Shown: positions 10,803 to 21,221, numbered from the stretch's first letter. The stretch is DNA of 64,000 nucleotides from Phormidesmis sp. (GCA_965248535.1 CBDFJR010000005.1:704001-768000); one strand, 5' to 3'. Notes: generated by a model not told the origin, from the letters alone. Made by a program: numbers and translations.

Positions 10803-12128
10803 ATGAAGAAAACGTTCGTTCTCGATACCAATGTTCTGCTGCACGATCCATCTGCAATGCTACGGTTTGAGGACAACGATGTAGTGCTTCCCATCACGGT
10901 TATTGAAGAACTCGATCGCTTCAAAAAACAGCCCGAAATCACGGGGCGAAATGCTCGTCAAGTCTCGCGAATGTTAGATGAGTTGAGAAGCAAAGGGCAC
11001 CTGACTGAAGGCATTCCGATCAACGGTGGTGGCTCGCTGCAAGTCGCCCTCTGTCACCGAGAAACCCTGTTAGAACTGCCCCCAGAGTTGGAAGGCGACA
11101 AAGCTGACAACGCCATTTTGGCCGTCTCCTTGGAGCTAAAGCGGCAGTGTGACTCCCCGGTTGTGCTAGTGAGCAAAGACATCAACCTGCGAATCAAAGC
11201 CGATGCTTTGGGGCTGACCGCCGAAGATTATAAAACCGATAAAGTCGATGTCGATGATCTCTATGTCGGCATGGATCAAGTGATCGTCGCCGCAGATGAC
11301 ATCGATCGCTTATTTAAATTTGGCGGAGTCTCCCTCGATCGTGAGTTTTTCCCCAATCAGGCCTTGACGCTGATTGATGAATCAAACCCTAACCACACCG
11401 CTTTGGGCATTGTTGATGGAACCAGTGGCAAAGTGGTGCCGATCACCAAACTGTCTCGCGGTGGCGTGTCTCGCATCAGCCCGCGCAACCGTGAGCAGAG
11501 TTTTGCCCTCGATTTATTGCTGCGAGATTCCGTGTCGCTCGTGACCCTAGTCGGCAAAGCAGGCACCGGAAAAACCCTGTTAGCGATCGCCGCTGGCTTG
11601 CAAAAAGTTGCCGATGAGCGGCTCTATAGTCGCCTGTTAATCTCCCGTCCGGTGGTGCCGATGGGCAAAGACCTCGGCTTTTTGCCCGGTGATGTCAACG
11701 AAAAGCTGACTCCCTGGATGCAGCCGCTCTACGATAATTTCGATCTAATTTTGGGCACTCAAGATTCATCGGGCAAGCCCGATCACTGGCGGCGCGGTCA
11801 CGAAGAACTGATCGAGCACGGCTTGCTGCAAATCGAGCCACTCACCTACATTCGAGGGCGCACGATTCCCAAACAGTTTTTGATTGTCGATGAAGCCCAA
11901 AACCTCACGCCCCACGAGGTCAAAACCATTCTCACCCGCGCCGGAGAAGGCACCAAAGTTGTGTTGACAGGCGACCCTGATCAAATCGACAACCCCTATG
12001 TAGACGCAGCCAGCAACGGACTCACTTACGTCGTAGAGCGCTTTAAGAATGAGCCTTTAGCAGGTCACATTGCTTTGCTCAAAGGAGAGCGATCGGGGTT
12101 AGCCGATCGCGCTGCTGCCCTGCTGTGA
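10803..12128 (+). CDS. PIN-domain PhoH-family ATPase (PhoH2/YlaK type)
   Basis: N-terminal FVLDTNVLLHD PIN motif; Walker A GKAGTGKT, YIRGRT, DEAQN, GDPDQID. Confidence 0.92.
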   Translation: MKKTFVLDTNVLLHDPSAMLRFEDNDVVLPITVIEELDRFKKQPEITGRNARQVSRMLDELRSKGHLTEGIPINGGGSLQVALCHRETLLELPPELEGDKADNAILAVSLELKRQCDSPVVLVSKDINLRIKADALGLTAEDYKTDKVDVDDLYVGMDQVIVAADDIDRLFKFGGVSLDREFFPNQALTLIDESNPNHTALGIVDGTSGKVVPITKLSRGGVSRISPRNREQSFALDLLLRDSVSLVTLVGKAGTGKTLLAIAAGLQKVADERLYSRLLISRPVVPMGKDLGFLPGDVNEKLTPWMQPLYDNFDLILGTQDSSGKPDHWRRGHEELIEHGLLQIEPLTYIRGRTIPKQFLIVDEAQNLTPHEVKTILTRAGEGTKVVLTGDPDQIDNPYVDAASNGLTYVVERFKNEPLAGHIALLKGERSGLADRAAALL

Positions 12129-12134
12129 GCGACT

Positions 12135-12659
12135 CTACAATCCCGTTACAAAGTTTTTGAACAGAGAAATATTGGTTAACAAAAAGTAAGCCAGCGCAGC
12201 GCCTCCCACGCCTCCGATCAAAAATCCGCCTGCATACTCATTCCAACCGTGCTCTGTCTTAAACGCGTCAGGAGGATTGGGCGTGGTGATCGTTGTTGTC
12301 GGCTGAGGCGGGGCGCTGTAGGCATAGAGCGAAATCGCTAGCGTAGAAATCACAATTAGCCCGATCGTAGAGAGCAACCCTGCCAGGTTTGCAATATCAC
12401 TGTCGCGCAACGGCCCCAGTCTGGCAAAGGGGCCCAAAATCCAATAGCCATGAGCCATGCCCACTTCTAGTCCGCGACGCAGCGGCGACAAGCCCGATCG
12501 ATAGGCCGGCAGGCTGTTGATATAAGCCATGACCAAGGGTGAAGAATTGATCGGAGTTGCCAAATTGCCATTTTGAATGTCATAGGCTGGAAACACGACT
12601 TCCCGATTTCGAGGATCTTTGGGGTCGTTGGTTGCCTCTGGGTGCTTGAGAATCTGCAT
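12135..12659 (-). CDS. psaL: Photosystem I reaction centre subunit XI (PsaL)
   Basis: LATPINSS, LPAYRSGLSPLRRGLEVGMAHGY, GPLRD and three hydrophobic helices; ATG at 12659 gives 174 aa. Confidence 0.95.
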   Translation of the reverse strand: MQILKHPEATNDPKDPRNREVVFPAYDIQNGNLATPINSSPLVMAYINSLPAYRSGLSPLRRGLEVGMAHGYWILGPFARLGPLRDSDIANLAGLLSTIGLIVISTLAISLYAYSAPPQPTTTITTPNPPDAFKTEHGWNEYAGGFLIGGVGGAALAYFLLTNISLFKNFVTGL

Positions 12660-12854
12660 AAAAGGTTCTTGGTCTCGACAGTGTTTGAGCGATTTTAGGC
12701 AGAGCAAGATAGGCGATTCATCGCTCTAGAGAGGCAAGTCCGGGTGATGGATTTTGAGCAAAAATCTCTTCCTTGCAGCAGAGACCATCGGTAAAGCAGA
12801 TTACATCTCTGCCTAAAAATCGGTGAGACACTACTGAGATAAAGATTTAGTTTC

Positions 12855-12872
12855 TTTATAAACATTTAAGAT
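12855..12872. promoter_or_regulatory. HLR1-like (RpaB) direct repeat upstream of psaL
   Basis: TTTATAAA-CA-TTTAAGAT compared with consensus KTTACAWW-N2-KTTACAWW (3 mismatches). Confidence 0.4.
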
Positions 12873-12978
12873 TTCTCACAAGTTGAGGAGGAGCATCCAG
12901 ATCCCCCTTATGCTATGGGAAAGATTTTTATAAGCTGATTGATGATTCACCGTTCTCATCGTCTATTGAGCGTTTGTT

Positions 12979-13272
12979 ATGGATATGAATCTTCCACCTG
13001 TTTATTTGCGTTCCTTATTTTTGACTAGTCTGGTTAGCTTTTTGACCCCTCTTTTGTTGGTGGGCAGCACGATCGCGACCCTGATGCTAATCGGTTTAGT
13101 GCCAGGGCTTGATGCGTTTAGTCAGTGGTCATCAGGGGCAATTTTGACGTTTTTGCAGACCTTTGGCAGCGGTAAAGCGTTAGAAGGCTCGTTGGTGATC
13201 GGCGGGGCTTGTGGTGTGGTAGGAGGGTTATTTGACACCTACATTTTTTATCGTCACAGCAACTTTCGTTGA
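12979..13272 (+). CDS. Small hypothetical membrane protein
   Basis: 97-aa hydrophobic ORF with an ATG start, ending VVGGLFDTY. Confidence 0.7.
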   Translation: MDMNLPPVYLRSLFLTSLVSFLTPLLLVGSTIATLMLIGLVPGLDAFSQWSSGAILTFLQTFGSGKALEGSLVIGGACGVVGGLFDTYIFYRHSNFR

Positions 13273-13370
13273 AATGCGTTAAATCGTATCGTCATAAACT
13301 TTGCCAAAACTCACTATCCTGAGAAGAGTGCTGAGTGTGCACGTCTCTGAGTCAGTTAGGGCAATCATTT

Positions 13371-14912
13371 ATGCAAACAGTGAGTCGATTTATAGCCGTT
13401 TTATGGGTGATTGCTCTGAGTTGGAGTCTGGCTCCGCAGGCAGTGCAAGCTCGAAGTCAAACCCCAGATATCAAGCCGATTCAGTCGATTCAACCCTACC
13501 TCGATCGGGTGATCAATCGCGTCACAGAATTTAGGCTAGAGAATGGTCTGAAGTTTATTGTGCTGGAGCGCCATGAAGCTCCGATCGTGTCCTTTCTCAC
13601 CTATGCCGATGTGGGCGGCGCTAACGAGCCTGACAAAAAAACAGGAGTTGCCCATTTTTTAGAGCATCTCGCCTTTAAGGGCACGACTCGCATCGGCACC
13701 GAAAACTATCAGGCTGAAAAGCCCTTGCTCGATCGCTTAGATCAACTGGCAGAGCAAATTCAAAAAACAACCGACACGACCACTCGCGATCGCTTACAAA
13801 AAGCCTTTAATCAAACCGAGGCAGCCGCCGGAAAGCTAGTGCGGCAAAACGAATTCGGTCGCATTGTTGAGCAGGCGGGCGGGGTGGGGTTAAACGCCAA
13901 CACGTCGAGCGAGGCGACTCAATTTTTTTATAGCTTTCCATCAAACAAGCTCGAACTTTGGATGTCGCTAGAGTCAGAACGATTTTTAGATCCCGTGTTT
14001 CGAGAGTTTTATAAAGAGAAGGCGGTCATTTTAGAAGAGCGAAGACTGCGAACCGAAAACTCTCCGATCGGGCAAATGCTCGAAGTTTTCCTCGATGCTG
14101 CCTTTAAGGTGCATCCCTATCGTCGCCCCGTGATCGGCTATGACCAAGATATTCGGAATCTGACTCGGCCCGATGTGCAGCAGTTTTTTGAGACGCACTA
14201 CACGCCCAACAATTTGACGATCGCGATCGTGGGTGATGTCAATCCCGCTCAGGTCAAACGGCTGGCTCAGACTTATTTTGGACGCTATCAGGCTAAAGCC
14301 AAACCGCCTGACGTGACCACGATCGAGCCTCCTCAAACCCAAACTAGAGAAGTGACTCTCAAACTCAACTCCCAGCCCTGGTATCTCGAAGGCTACCACC
14401 GTCCACCGTTGAGCCATCCCGATAGCGTGATCTATGACGCGATCGCCAGCATTCTCAGCGACGGGCGAACGTCTCGTCTCTATCAGTCGCTGGTCGAAAA
14501 AAAGCGAGTCGCCCTGACTGCTCAAGGCTTTAACGGGTTTCCGGGAGACAAATATCCAACCCTAATGCTGTTTTATGCGCTGACGGCCCCTGGCAAGTCG
14601 GTCGAGGAGGTCTCAACGGCGCTCAGATTAGAAATCGACCGCCTCAAGACTGAGCCTGTGTCGGCTCAAGAATTAGATCGGGTCAAAACTCAGGCGCGAG
14701 CAGAATTATTACGATCGCTAGACTCAAATTCTGGCATGGCAGAATCACTGGTGGACTATGAGATCAAAACCGGAAGCTGGCGCAATTTATTTAAGGAGGT
14801 CGATGCCATTGCTGCGATTACTCCGGCTGACATTCAGCGCGTGTCTCAAGCTACCTTTATGAGCCAAAATCGCACGATCGGACGCATTCTTCCCCAAGCC
14901 ACTCAGCCCTAA
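13371..14912 (+). CDS. M16 (pitrilysin/insulinase) zinc peptidase, catalytic subunit
   Basis: Signal-peptide-like N-terminus; inverted zinc motif HFLEH, LNANTS, downstream EERR. Confidence 0.92.
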   Translation: MQTVSRFIAVLWVIALSWSLAPQAVQARSQTPDIKPIQSIQPYLDRVINRVTEFRLENGLKFIVLERHEAPIVSFLTYADVGGANEPDKKTGVAHFLEHLAFKGTTRIGTENYQAEKPLLDRLDQLAEQIQKTTDTTTRDRLQKAFNQTEAAAGKLVRQNEFGRIVEQAGGVGLNANTSSEATQFFYSFPSNKLELWMSLESERFLDPVFREFYKEKAVILEERRLRTENSPIGQMLEVFLDAAFKVHPYRRPVIGYDQDIRNLTRPDVQQFFETHYTPNNLTIAIVGDVNPAQVKRLAQTYFGRYQAKAKPPDVTTIEPPQTQTREVTLKLNSQPWYLEGYHRPPLSHPDSVIYDAIASILSDGRTSRLYQSLVEKKRVALTAQGFNGFPGDKYPTLMLFYALTAPGKSVEEVSTALRLEIDRLKTEPVSAQELDRVKTQARAELLRSLDSNSGMAESLVDYEIKTGSWRNLFKEVDAIAAITPADIQRVSQATFMSQNRTIGRILPQATQP

Positions 14913-14922
14913 CCTGACTTTT

Positions 14923-16422
14923 ATGAAACCGAACGATCGTCAGCAGCAAACTGCCAGAATCATCACCCTCGTGTTTACGTTTATTGTTGTGCCGCTGGTC
15001 ATCTTGCTGTTGACCCTGATTCTTCCGGCTTCGGCAGAGACGGCCAAACACTACACCGATCTCAAATTAGCTCCTGCTCCTGACATTAAAGTTCCTGCCT
15101 ACAGCCGCTTTCAGCTTAAAAATGGCCTCGTTGTCTATTTAATGGAAGACCACGAACTGCCCCTAGTCAGCGGGACTGCCTTGATTCGCACGGGCGATCG
15201 CTTTGAGCCTGCTGATCGAGTTGGGCTGGCAGGGTTAACCGGGGCCGTGATGCGATCGGGCGGCACCCAAACCCATACTCCCGATCAGCTAAATCAGCTA
15301 TTAGAGCAGCGGGCAGCCTCGATCGAGACAAATATTGGAGTCACCTCTGGCAGGGCAGGCTTTAGTGCGCTGAGTGAAGATCTATCAGAAGTCTTTGATT
15401 TGTTTGCCGAAGTTATTCAGCAGCCTGCGTTTGCGCCAGAGAAATTTAACCTGGCAAAGCTGCATACTCAAGGCGGCATTGCGCGGCGAAATGATGACCC
15501 CAATGGCATTGTTGGGCGAGAGTTTGAGAAGCTCGTTTATGGCAGCAAAAGCCCCTATGGGCGAGTGGTGGAATATGCCACGATCGAGACCATTTCTCGT
15601 GACGATTTAATTCACTTTTATCAGCAATATGTTCGGCCGAGCAATCTGCTTTTGGGCATTGTCGGAGATTTTGACAGCCAAAAGATGCGATCGCAGATCG
15701 AGTCTAAATTTGGCAGTTGGAATCCTGCCACAGCCGCCCCCAATTCTGAGTTGCCTAAGGTATCTCAAGCTAAACAAAGCGGGATATTCTTCGTCAATCA
15801 GCCCCAGTTGACCCAAAGTTATGTTCAAATGGGTCATCTGGGCGGACAGTTAAACAGCCCTGACTATCCGGCGCTGTCGGTGATGAATGAGGTGTTGAGC
15901 GGGTTTGGCGGACGGCTCTTTAACGAGATCCGATCGCGACAGGGACTTGCCTACTCGGTCTATGCAAGCTGGAGTCCACAATTTGATTTTCCGGGGGTGT
16001 TTGTGGCCGGAGGGCAGACGCGATCGGAGGCTACGGTGCCCTTTATTAAATCAGTGTTGAGTGAGATAGAAAAAATTAGAACTCAGCCTGTGGCAGCTCG
16101 CGAGTTAAATTTCGCCAAAGACTCTGTGTTGAATTCATTTATCTTCAACTTTCAAGATCCCAGTCAAACGCTGTCACGACTGTTGGGCTATGAATATTTT
16201 GGCTACCCCAAAGATTTTATTTTTCAATATCGCAAAGCTGTCGAAGCCACCTCGATCGTCGATATTCAACGAGTCGCCAAGACCTATCTTCAGCCCAACA
16301 AAGTGGTCACGCTTGTCGTAGGAAATCAAAAAGCGATTCAGCCGGGTTTGTCCAGTTTGGGTCAAACAGTGACTGCGATCGACATCGCAATCCCGCCCGC
16401 CAAAAATCCCGAACTTAAGTAA
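14923..16422 (+). CDS. M16 peptidase family, non-catalytic partner subunit
   Basis: LKNGLVVYLMEDHELP and RLFNEIRSRQGLAYSV; no HxxEH; starts 10 bp after its partner. Confidence 0.9.
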   Translation: MKPNDRQQQTARIITLVFTFIVVPLVILLLTLILPASAETAKHYTDLKLAPAPDIKVPAYSRFQLKNGLVVYLMEDHELPLVSGTALIRTGDRFEPADRVGLAGLTGAVMRSGGTQTHTPDQLNQLLEQRAASIETNIGVTSGRAGFSALSEDLSEVFDLFAEVIQQPAFAPEKFNLAKLHTQGGIARRNDDPNGIVGREFEKLVYGSKSPYGRVVEYATIETISRDDLIHFYQQYVRPSNLLLGIVGDFDSQKMRSQIESKFGSWNPATAAPNSELPKVSQAKQSGIFFVNQPQLTQSYVQMGHLGGQLNSPDYPALSVMNEVLSGFGGRLFNEIRSRQGLAYSVYASWSPQFDFPGVFVAGGQTRSEATVPFIKSVLSEIEKIRTQPVAARELNFAKDSVLNSFIFNFQDPSQTLSRLLGYEYFGYPKDFIFQYRKAVEATSIVDIQRVAKTYLQPNKVVTLVVGNQKAIQPGLSSLGQTVTAIDIAIPPAKNPELK

Positions 16423-16475
16423 CGTAACTGAATTCAGGTAACCTAACGAAGTCGTCTCCCGTTAACCCCACATTC

Positions 16476-16976
16476 TCAGACCGCACTCAGCGCTGCCGTT
16501 CTGTGCACTGCATAATGGTCATTCACTGCGTTTAGATTAGACTCAAACACCCGATCGTATTGATGAGGCACAATCAGCGTTGGGCAAGACGCATGATGAA
16601 TGACGTAGTGACCGACATCGTTCAACACATTTTCTTGAGTAGCCATCACCTCTGGCTGTCCCAGAATGATCAAATCGGCTCCCCATAGATTGGCAAGCTC
16701 ACAAATTTTCTCTCCGGTGTGACCCAAGGGTTGAGCAATATCAGCCATTAGACCCACTTGATTGACGACCTGGGAGAGCGATCGCAGTTCTTCTAGATCA
16801 CTCTCTGCATGGCTGTCCCAGTTTGATGACGTGTTTTTAGTGAGATCGCTGAGGTGAGACAAGACGTTTACCAACAGCAAGCGCGAGTGATTTATTTTTG
16901 CCCAAGCCAGTGCGGTCGAGAAGACAGGCTGAGGGTTTTTAGCATTATCGAGAGCAATCAAGATTCTGTTTAACAT
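16476..16976 (-). CDS. Universal stress protein (degenerate ATP-binding motif)
   Basis: RILIALD, ICELANLWGADLIILG, YVIHHASCPTLIVP. Confidence 0.85.
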   Translation of the reverse strand: MLNRILIALDNAKNPQPVFSTALAWAKINHSRLLLVNVLSHLSDLTKNTSSNWDSHAESDLEELRSLSQVVNQVGLMADIAQPLGHTGEKICELANLWGADLIILGQPEVMATQENVLNDVGHYVIHHASCPTLIVPHQYDRVFESNLNAVNDHYAVHRTAALSAV

Positions 16977-17011
16977 GGCAATCTCTCTCGTTGGCGAATA
17001 AACGACAGGTT

Positions 17012-17545
17012 CTAACGGGCGATCGCAACTTCAGGGTGCAGGGGTTGGGTTGGTTGAGCCGCTTTTGTCAATCCCTGGACGGTCAGCACTGAGCAGGGCG
17101 CATGATGCAGCACATAATTGCTGACGCTGCCCAAAAAGAATTCACTCAGCCCAGAGCGACCCCGACGACCCACCATAATCAGGTCAGCGTTCCAGGTGTG
17201 AGCGATCTCGCAGATCGTGCGACCCGGATCGCCGAGATTTTGAGTAAATTCTGTGGGCACGCCAGACTCGATCGCTTGGCAACTCAGCGATCGCAATGCC
17301 TCCAAAGCTTGCTGCTCAAACTGATGCCACTGATTTACATAAATTTGCACAGTTTCACGATGCAGCCCTGGATAGATGCCGTCGATCGCCGGATAGATCG
17401 AGCCTGGATATTCTCCTTCAAAGGGAGATAACACTCGAAGCAGCATCAATGCAGCGTCGGTGGCTTTGGCAAGGGCAACGGCTTCGTCAAAGATTTTCTG
17501 ACTGCTATCAGAGTCATCCAGCGCAACTAGAATTTTGTGAAACAT
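17012..17545 (-). CDS. Universal stress protein
   Basis: MFHKILVALD start at 17545; GDPGRTIC, VGRRGRSGLSEFFLGSVSNYVLHHAPCSV. Confidence 0.92.
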   Translation of the reverse strand: MFHKILVALDDSDSSQKIFDEAVALAKATDAALMLLRVLSPFEGEYPGSIYPAIDGIYPGLHRETVQIYVNQWHQFEQQALEALRSLSCQAIESGVPTEFTQNLGDPGRTICEIAHTWNADLIMVGRRGRSGLSEFFLGSVSNYVLHHAPCSVLTVQGLTKAAQPTQPLHPEVAIAR

Positions 17546-17758
17546 AAAGCTTCTATGCTCCATCAGCGAAGAAATAGGGTCTCTATCACTAGATATAGAG
17601 AAACAAGTTGAGAAACTTGTGAGGATGGCTAATAAACTCAAGTCCGATCGATTCAGCCAAACCGCCTGCAATAATCTCTCTTTAGTACGAGGTAAAGGTG
17701 TAACGACTTTGAAATGATCAACGCATAAGATAACCCAAAGTCGAATCCCGGTATAAAA

Positions 17759-18148
17759 ATGAATAGTCTGTTTCCTGACACGTCAAAACCCGACCACATT
17801 TTGGTGGTTGACGACGTTGCTGATAATTCCTTCTTGCTGCAAGTGCTTTTAGAAGATGAGGGCTATCAGGTCGAAGTGGCTGATAGTGGCTCTGATGCCC
17901 TCGCCAAAATCGAGCTAGATCCCCCCAAACTAGTGTTGCTTGATGTGATGATGCCAGGCATGAATGGCTATGAAGTGGCCCAACAGATTCGCGAGAATGT
18001 CGATCTGCCGTTTATTCCGATCGTGATGGTGACAGGGCACGACCAGCTATCGATCTCTGAAGAGATGCAAGTAGATGGCTTTTTGAGAAAGCCGATCGAG
18101 TTCGATCAGCTTTTATCTAAAATCCACTCTATTTTGCAGCGCCATTGA
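17759..18148 (+). CDS. Stand-alone response regulator receiver (CheY-like)
   Basis: ILVVDD, LLDVMMP, VTG and KP motifs; no output domain. Confidence 0.9.
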   Translation: MNSLFPDTSKPDHILVVDDVADNSFLLQVLLEDEGYQVEVADSGSDALAKIELDPPKLVLLDVMMPGMNGYEVAQQIRENVDLPFIPIVMVTGHDQLSISEEMQVDGFLRKPIEFDQLLSKIHSILQRH

Positions 18149-18179
18149 TCCACGCTATTCATTCAGCAGAGACTTAAAC

Positions 18180-18205
18180 GGCTGAGGATCGTTAAACCCT
18201 CAGCC
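18180..18205. terminator. Hairpin between the convergent response regulator and gmk
   Basis: GGCTGAGG...CCTCAGCC perfect 8-bp stem; no clear U-tract. Confidence 0.45.
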
Positions 18206-18255
18206 TATATGTAACTTAATTGACGGTTTGTTAAGGGCAAGTTATCTTAAGCTCT

Positions 18256-18825
18256 TTAACAGGCAACGGCTGTGGGTGCAAACAGAGCCGCCTCGACTCT
18301 ACTGAGAGCTTCCTCAAAGTTATCGTTGACGATTTGAATATCAAACTCGCTAGCGGCTCTGACCTCCTCACGAGCGTGAATCAACCGACGAAGGATGGCC
18401 TCTTCTGAGTCTTGGGCCCGTCCGCGGATGCGGTTTTCTAGCTCATTTAGTGACGGGGGAAGGATAAACATTCGCAGAGCGCTAGGAAACGTCTTACGAA
18501 TCTGTCGTGCGCCATCTAGCTCGATTTCTAAAATGACCCACTTGCCCTCCTGGATTTTTTCTTCGACGGCTCTGCGAGGCGTGCCATAGCAGTTGCCTGC
18601 AAACTCTGCCCACTCAAGCAGTTCACCTTGAGCGACCATTCGTTCAAATTGAGGGCGGCTGACAAAATAATAGTTTTGCCCCTCGATTTCGCCACTGCGG
18701 GGGGGGCGGGTGGTAACCGAAATCGACACATAAAGGTCAGGGTGTCGCTGAAGGAGCGATCGTAGCAAGGTTCCTTTGCCGACCCCGCTGGGCCCCGTTA
18801 ATACAATCAATCTGCCCTTGCCCAT
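18256..18825 (-). CDS. gmk: Guanylate kinase
   Basis: [34 protein letters not shown]. Confidence 0.97.
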   Translation of the reverse strand: MGKGRLIVLTGPSGVGKGTLLRSLLQRHPDLYVSISVTTRPPRSGEIEGQNYYFVSRPQFERMVAQGELLEWAEFAGNCYGTPRRAVEEKIQEGKWVILEIELDGARQIRKTFPSALRMFILPPSLNELENRIRGRAQDSEEAILRRLIHAREEVRAASEFDIQIVNDNFEEALSRVEAALFAPTAVAC

Positions 18826-18950
18826 GATGCTCTGCCTCAAATTGATTAGCGCTAAGTATTCCCAATGCGGCTGATTAAGTGAGTATAGCTTGCAATCAGT
18901 AAGGGTGATGGAGAAAGGGCAAACGTGAAGGAAAGTTTTATCATTGGCGG

Positions 18951-19217
18951 TTACCCATCTTCATGAGCATCTTTGCTCAAAACAAATCGATTGGCAACCG
19001 TCTCTGGCTGAATTGCTGACAAAATCACATGGCCAGAGTCGGCAATGATCACAGCCCGGGTGCGTCTGCCATAGGTGGCATCGATCAGTTTCTTCTCGTC
19101 TCTGGCATCCGTGATGATACGCTTAATGGGGGCAGATTCTGGGCTAACGATCGCCACAACTCGACTGGCGGACACAATATTACCAAATCCGATATTGATC
19201 AGTTTAATGTCCGTCAT
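18951..19217 (-). CDS. remA: RemA/DUF370 family protein
   Basis: [28 protein letters not shown]...[11 protein letters not shown]; typical position upstream of gmk. Confidence 0.92.
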   Translation of the reverse strand: MTDIKLINIGFGNIVSASRVVAIVSPESAPIKRIITDARDEKKLIDATYGRRTRAVIIADSGHVILSAIQPETVANRFVLSKDAHEDG

Positions 19218-19381
19218 AAAGAACTGCCTCAGTAAATCGGCAATCGATCGAAGAATCGTTTTTCATCGTAGCTATAAAAAAATTTTGCAACAAGGTGAAC
19301 CCTAACTTAAAACGGAGGAAATTCACCGTTCTCACGCTTATGCTTTAACTCAATCACTCTAACTCTCTACTAAAAAATTCC

Positions 19382-21139
19382 TTGCAACCCGTTGACTTCA
19401 CCACCCTCACAGCACTCTGCGGTGAACTTCGCACGACCTGGCTTCCGGCTCGGCTCGAACAGGTTTATCAGCGCGATCGCTTTACAATTTGTCTAGCCCT
19501 TCGCACCTTAGACAAACGCAGTTGGCTGACGGTTTCTTGGCATCCGCAAGCTGCTCGACTCAGCATTAGCGATCCGCCCCCTCGCGCCCCTGACACCTTT
19601 ACCTTTAGTCAACAGTTAATTCACCAATTGGGGGGGCTGGCCTTGGTAGCGATCGAGCCAGTCTCGCCTTGGGAGCGAGCCATCGATTTACAGTTTTCTC
19701 GCCGCCCCGGAGACCCGGCCCTATGGCATCTCTATGTTGAGATCATGGGCAAATATAGCAATGTGATTTTGGCTAATCGAGACAATCTGATTGTGACGGC
19801 GGCTCATCAGGTCAGTTCTAATCAGTCGAGCATTCGCCCGATTCAAACCGGGCAGCCCTATGCATTGCCGCCTGCGCTGACCGATCCCGCTCCAACCTTG
19901 AGTGAGACTCAAGAAATGTGGCGATCGCGGGTGAGTCTCATCCCTGGTGCCCTGCGGCGAAACCTGATCAAAAGCTATCGCGGTCTCAGTTCTGCGCTGC
20001 TGCTGTCGATGTTAAGCGCCGCTCAACTCGATCCCGATTGCCTGACTGAGACCCTGACCGATTTAGACTGGCAGCGGTTGTTTGATTGCTGGCAAACTTG
20101 GCTCAAGACGCTAGAAGACGGTCACTTTAAACCCGGCTGGACGGCAGATGGCTATACTGTCATGGGTTGGCGCATGACTCAGCCCGTTGCCACGGTTGAA
20201 GAAGTGGTCGATCGCTACTATACCGATCACCTCAATCGCCAAGAATTTAGTCAACTGCGCCATCAGATTCGCCAGAAAATAGACACGATATTAAGCAAGC
20301 TGCGGGTTAAGGCTAATACCTTTTCGAGTCGGTTGGATCAGTCCGATCGGGCCGATCAATCCAAACAGCAGGCCGATTTATTAATGGCAAACCTGCACCA
20401 GTGGCAGCCCGGCATGAAAGCGATCGACCTAGCTGATTTTGAAACCGAGCAGCCCGTGACAATTCCCTTAAATCCTGAAAAGAACGCCGTCCAAAACGCC
20501 CAAGCTCTCTATAAACGTCACCAAAAATTAAAGCGAACTCGGGCCGCGACCGAGCCTTTGTTAAATGCCGTACAGGATGAGATTGACTATCTAGAACAAG
20601 TTGAGGCCGCGATCGAGCAGTTCAACGACTATCAAACCTCAGAAGATTTAGAAGCGCTGGAAGAAATTCGCGAAGAACTGATTCAGCAGACTTATTTAGA
20701 GGGGTCAGACTATCGCAAAGCGTCGAGCAAAGACGATGCGGCGAGTCAGCCTCACCAGTTCAAAACACCGAGCGGCTTTGAGCTATTAGTTGGGCGCAAC
20801 AATCGACAGAACGATCGCTTAACATTCCGGCAAGCCAATGATTATGATCTCTGGTTTCACACTCAGGAGATTCCGGGCAGTCACGTCCTGCTGCGCCTAG
20901 AGCCTGGGGCGGCTGCCGATGAAGCTGATCTACAATTTGTGGCTGACATCGCGGCTTACTATAGTCGAGCGCGGCAGAGTGAGCAGGTTCCTGTGGTTTA
21001 TACAGAGCCTCGCCATGTCTATAAGCCAAAAGGCGCTAAACCCGGCATCGCTATCTATAAACAAGAGCGCATTATTTGGGGTCAACCTCAACGCGCTAGC
21101 CGATATATCGCTCAATCTGTCCTCGATCTTGCCCGGTGA
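19382..21139 (+). CDS. rqcH: NFACT/RqcH (FbpA-like) ribosome quality control protein
   Basis: TTG start; EIMGKYSNVIL, NAVQNAQALYKRHQKLKR, VGRNNRQND, WFHTQEIPGSHV. Confidence 0.9.
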   Translation: MQPVDFTTLTALCGELRTTWLPARLEQVYQRDRFTICLALRTLDKRSWLTVSWHPQAARLSISDPPPRAPDTFTFSQQLIHQLGGLALVAIEPVSPWERAIDLQFSRRPGDPALWHLYVEIMGKYSNVILANRDNLIVTAAHQVSSNQSSIRPIQTGQPYALPPALTDPAPTLSETQEMWRSRVSLIPGALRRNLIKSYRGLSSALLLSMLSAAQLDPDCLTETLTDLDWQRLFDCWQTWLKTLEDGHFKPGWTADGYTVMGWRMTQPVATVEEVVDRYYTDHLNRQEFSQLRHQIRQKIDTILSKLRVKANTFSSRLDQSDRADQSKQQADLLMANLHQWQPGMKAIDLADFETEQPVTIPLNPEKNAVQNAQALYKRHQKLKRTRAATEPLLNAVQDEIDYLEQVEAAIEQFNDYQTSEDLEALEEIREELIQQTYLEGSDYRKASSKDDAASQPHQFKTPSGFELLVGRNNRQNDRLTFRQANDYDLWFHTQEIPGSHVLLRLEPGAAADEADLQFVADIAAYYSRARQSEQVPVVYTEPRHVYKPKGAKPGIAIYKQERIIWGQPQRASRYIAQSVLDLAR

Positions 21140-21221
21140 TCGCTTCAAATTGATTAGACTCTCCATCTATCATCAGAAATAAATATGTCATGAACCTATG
21201 AAGTTTCGTGACAAAACGTTT

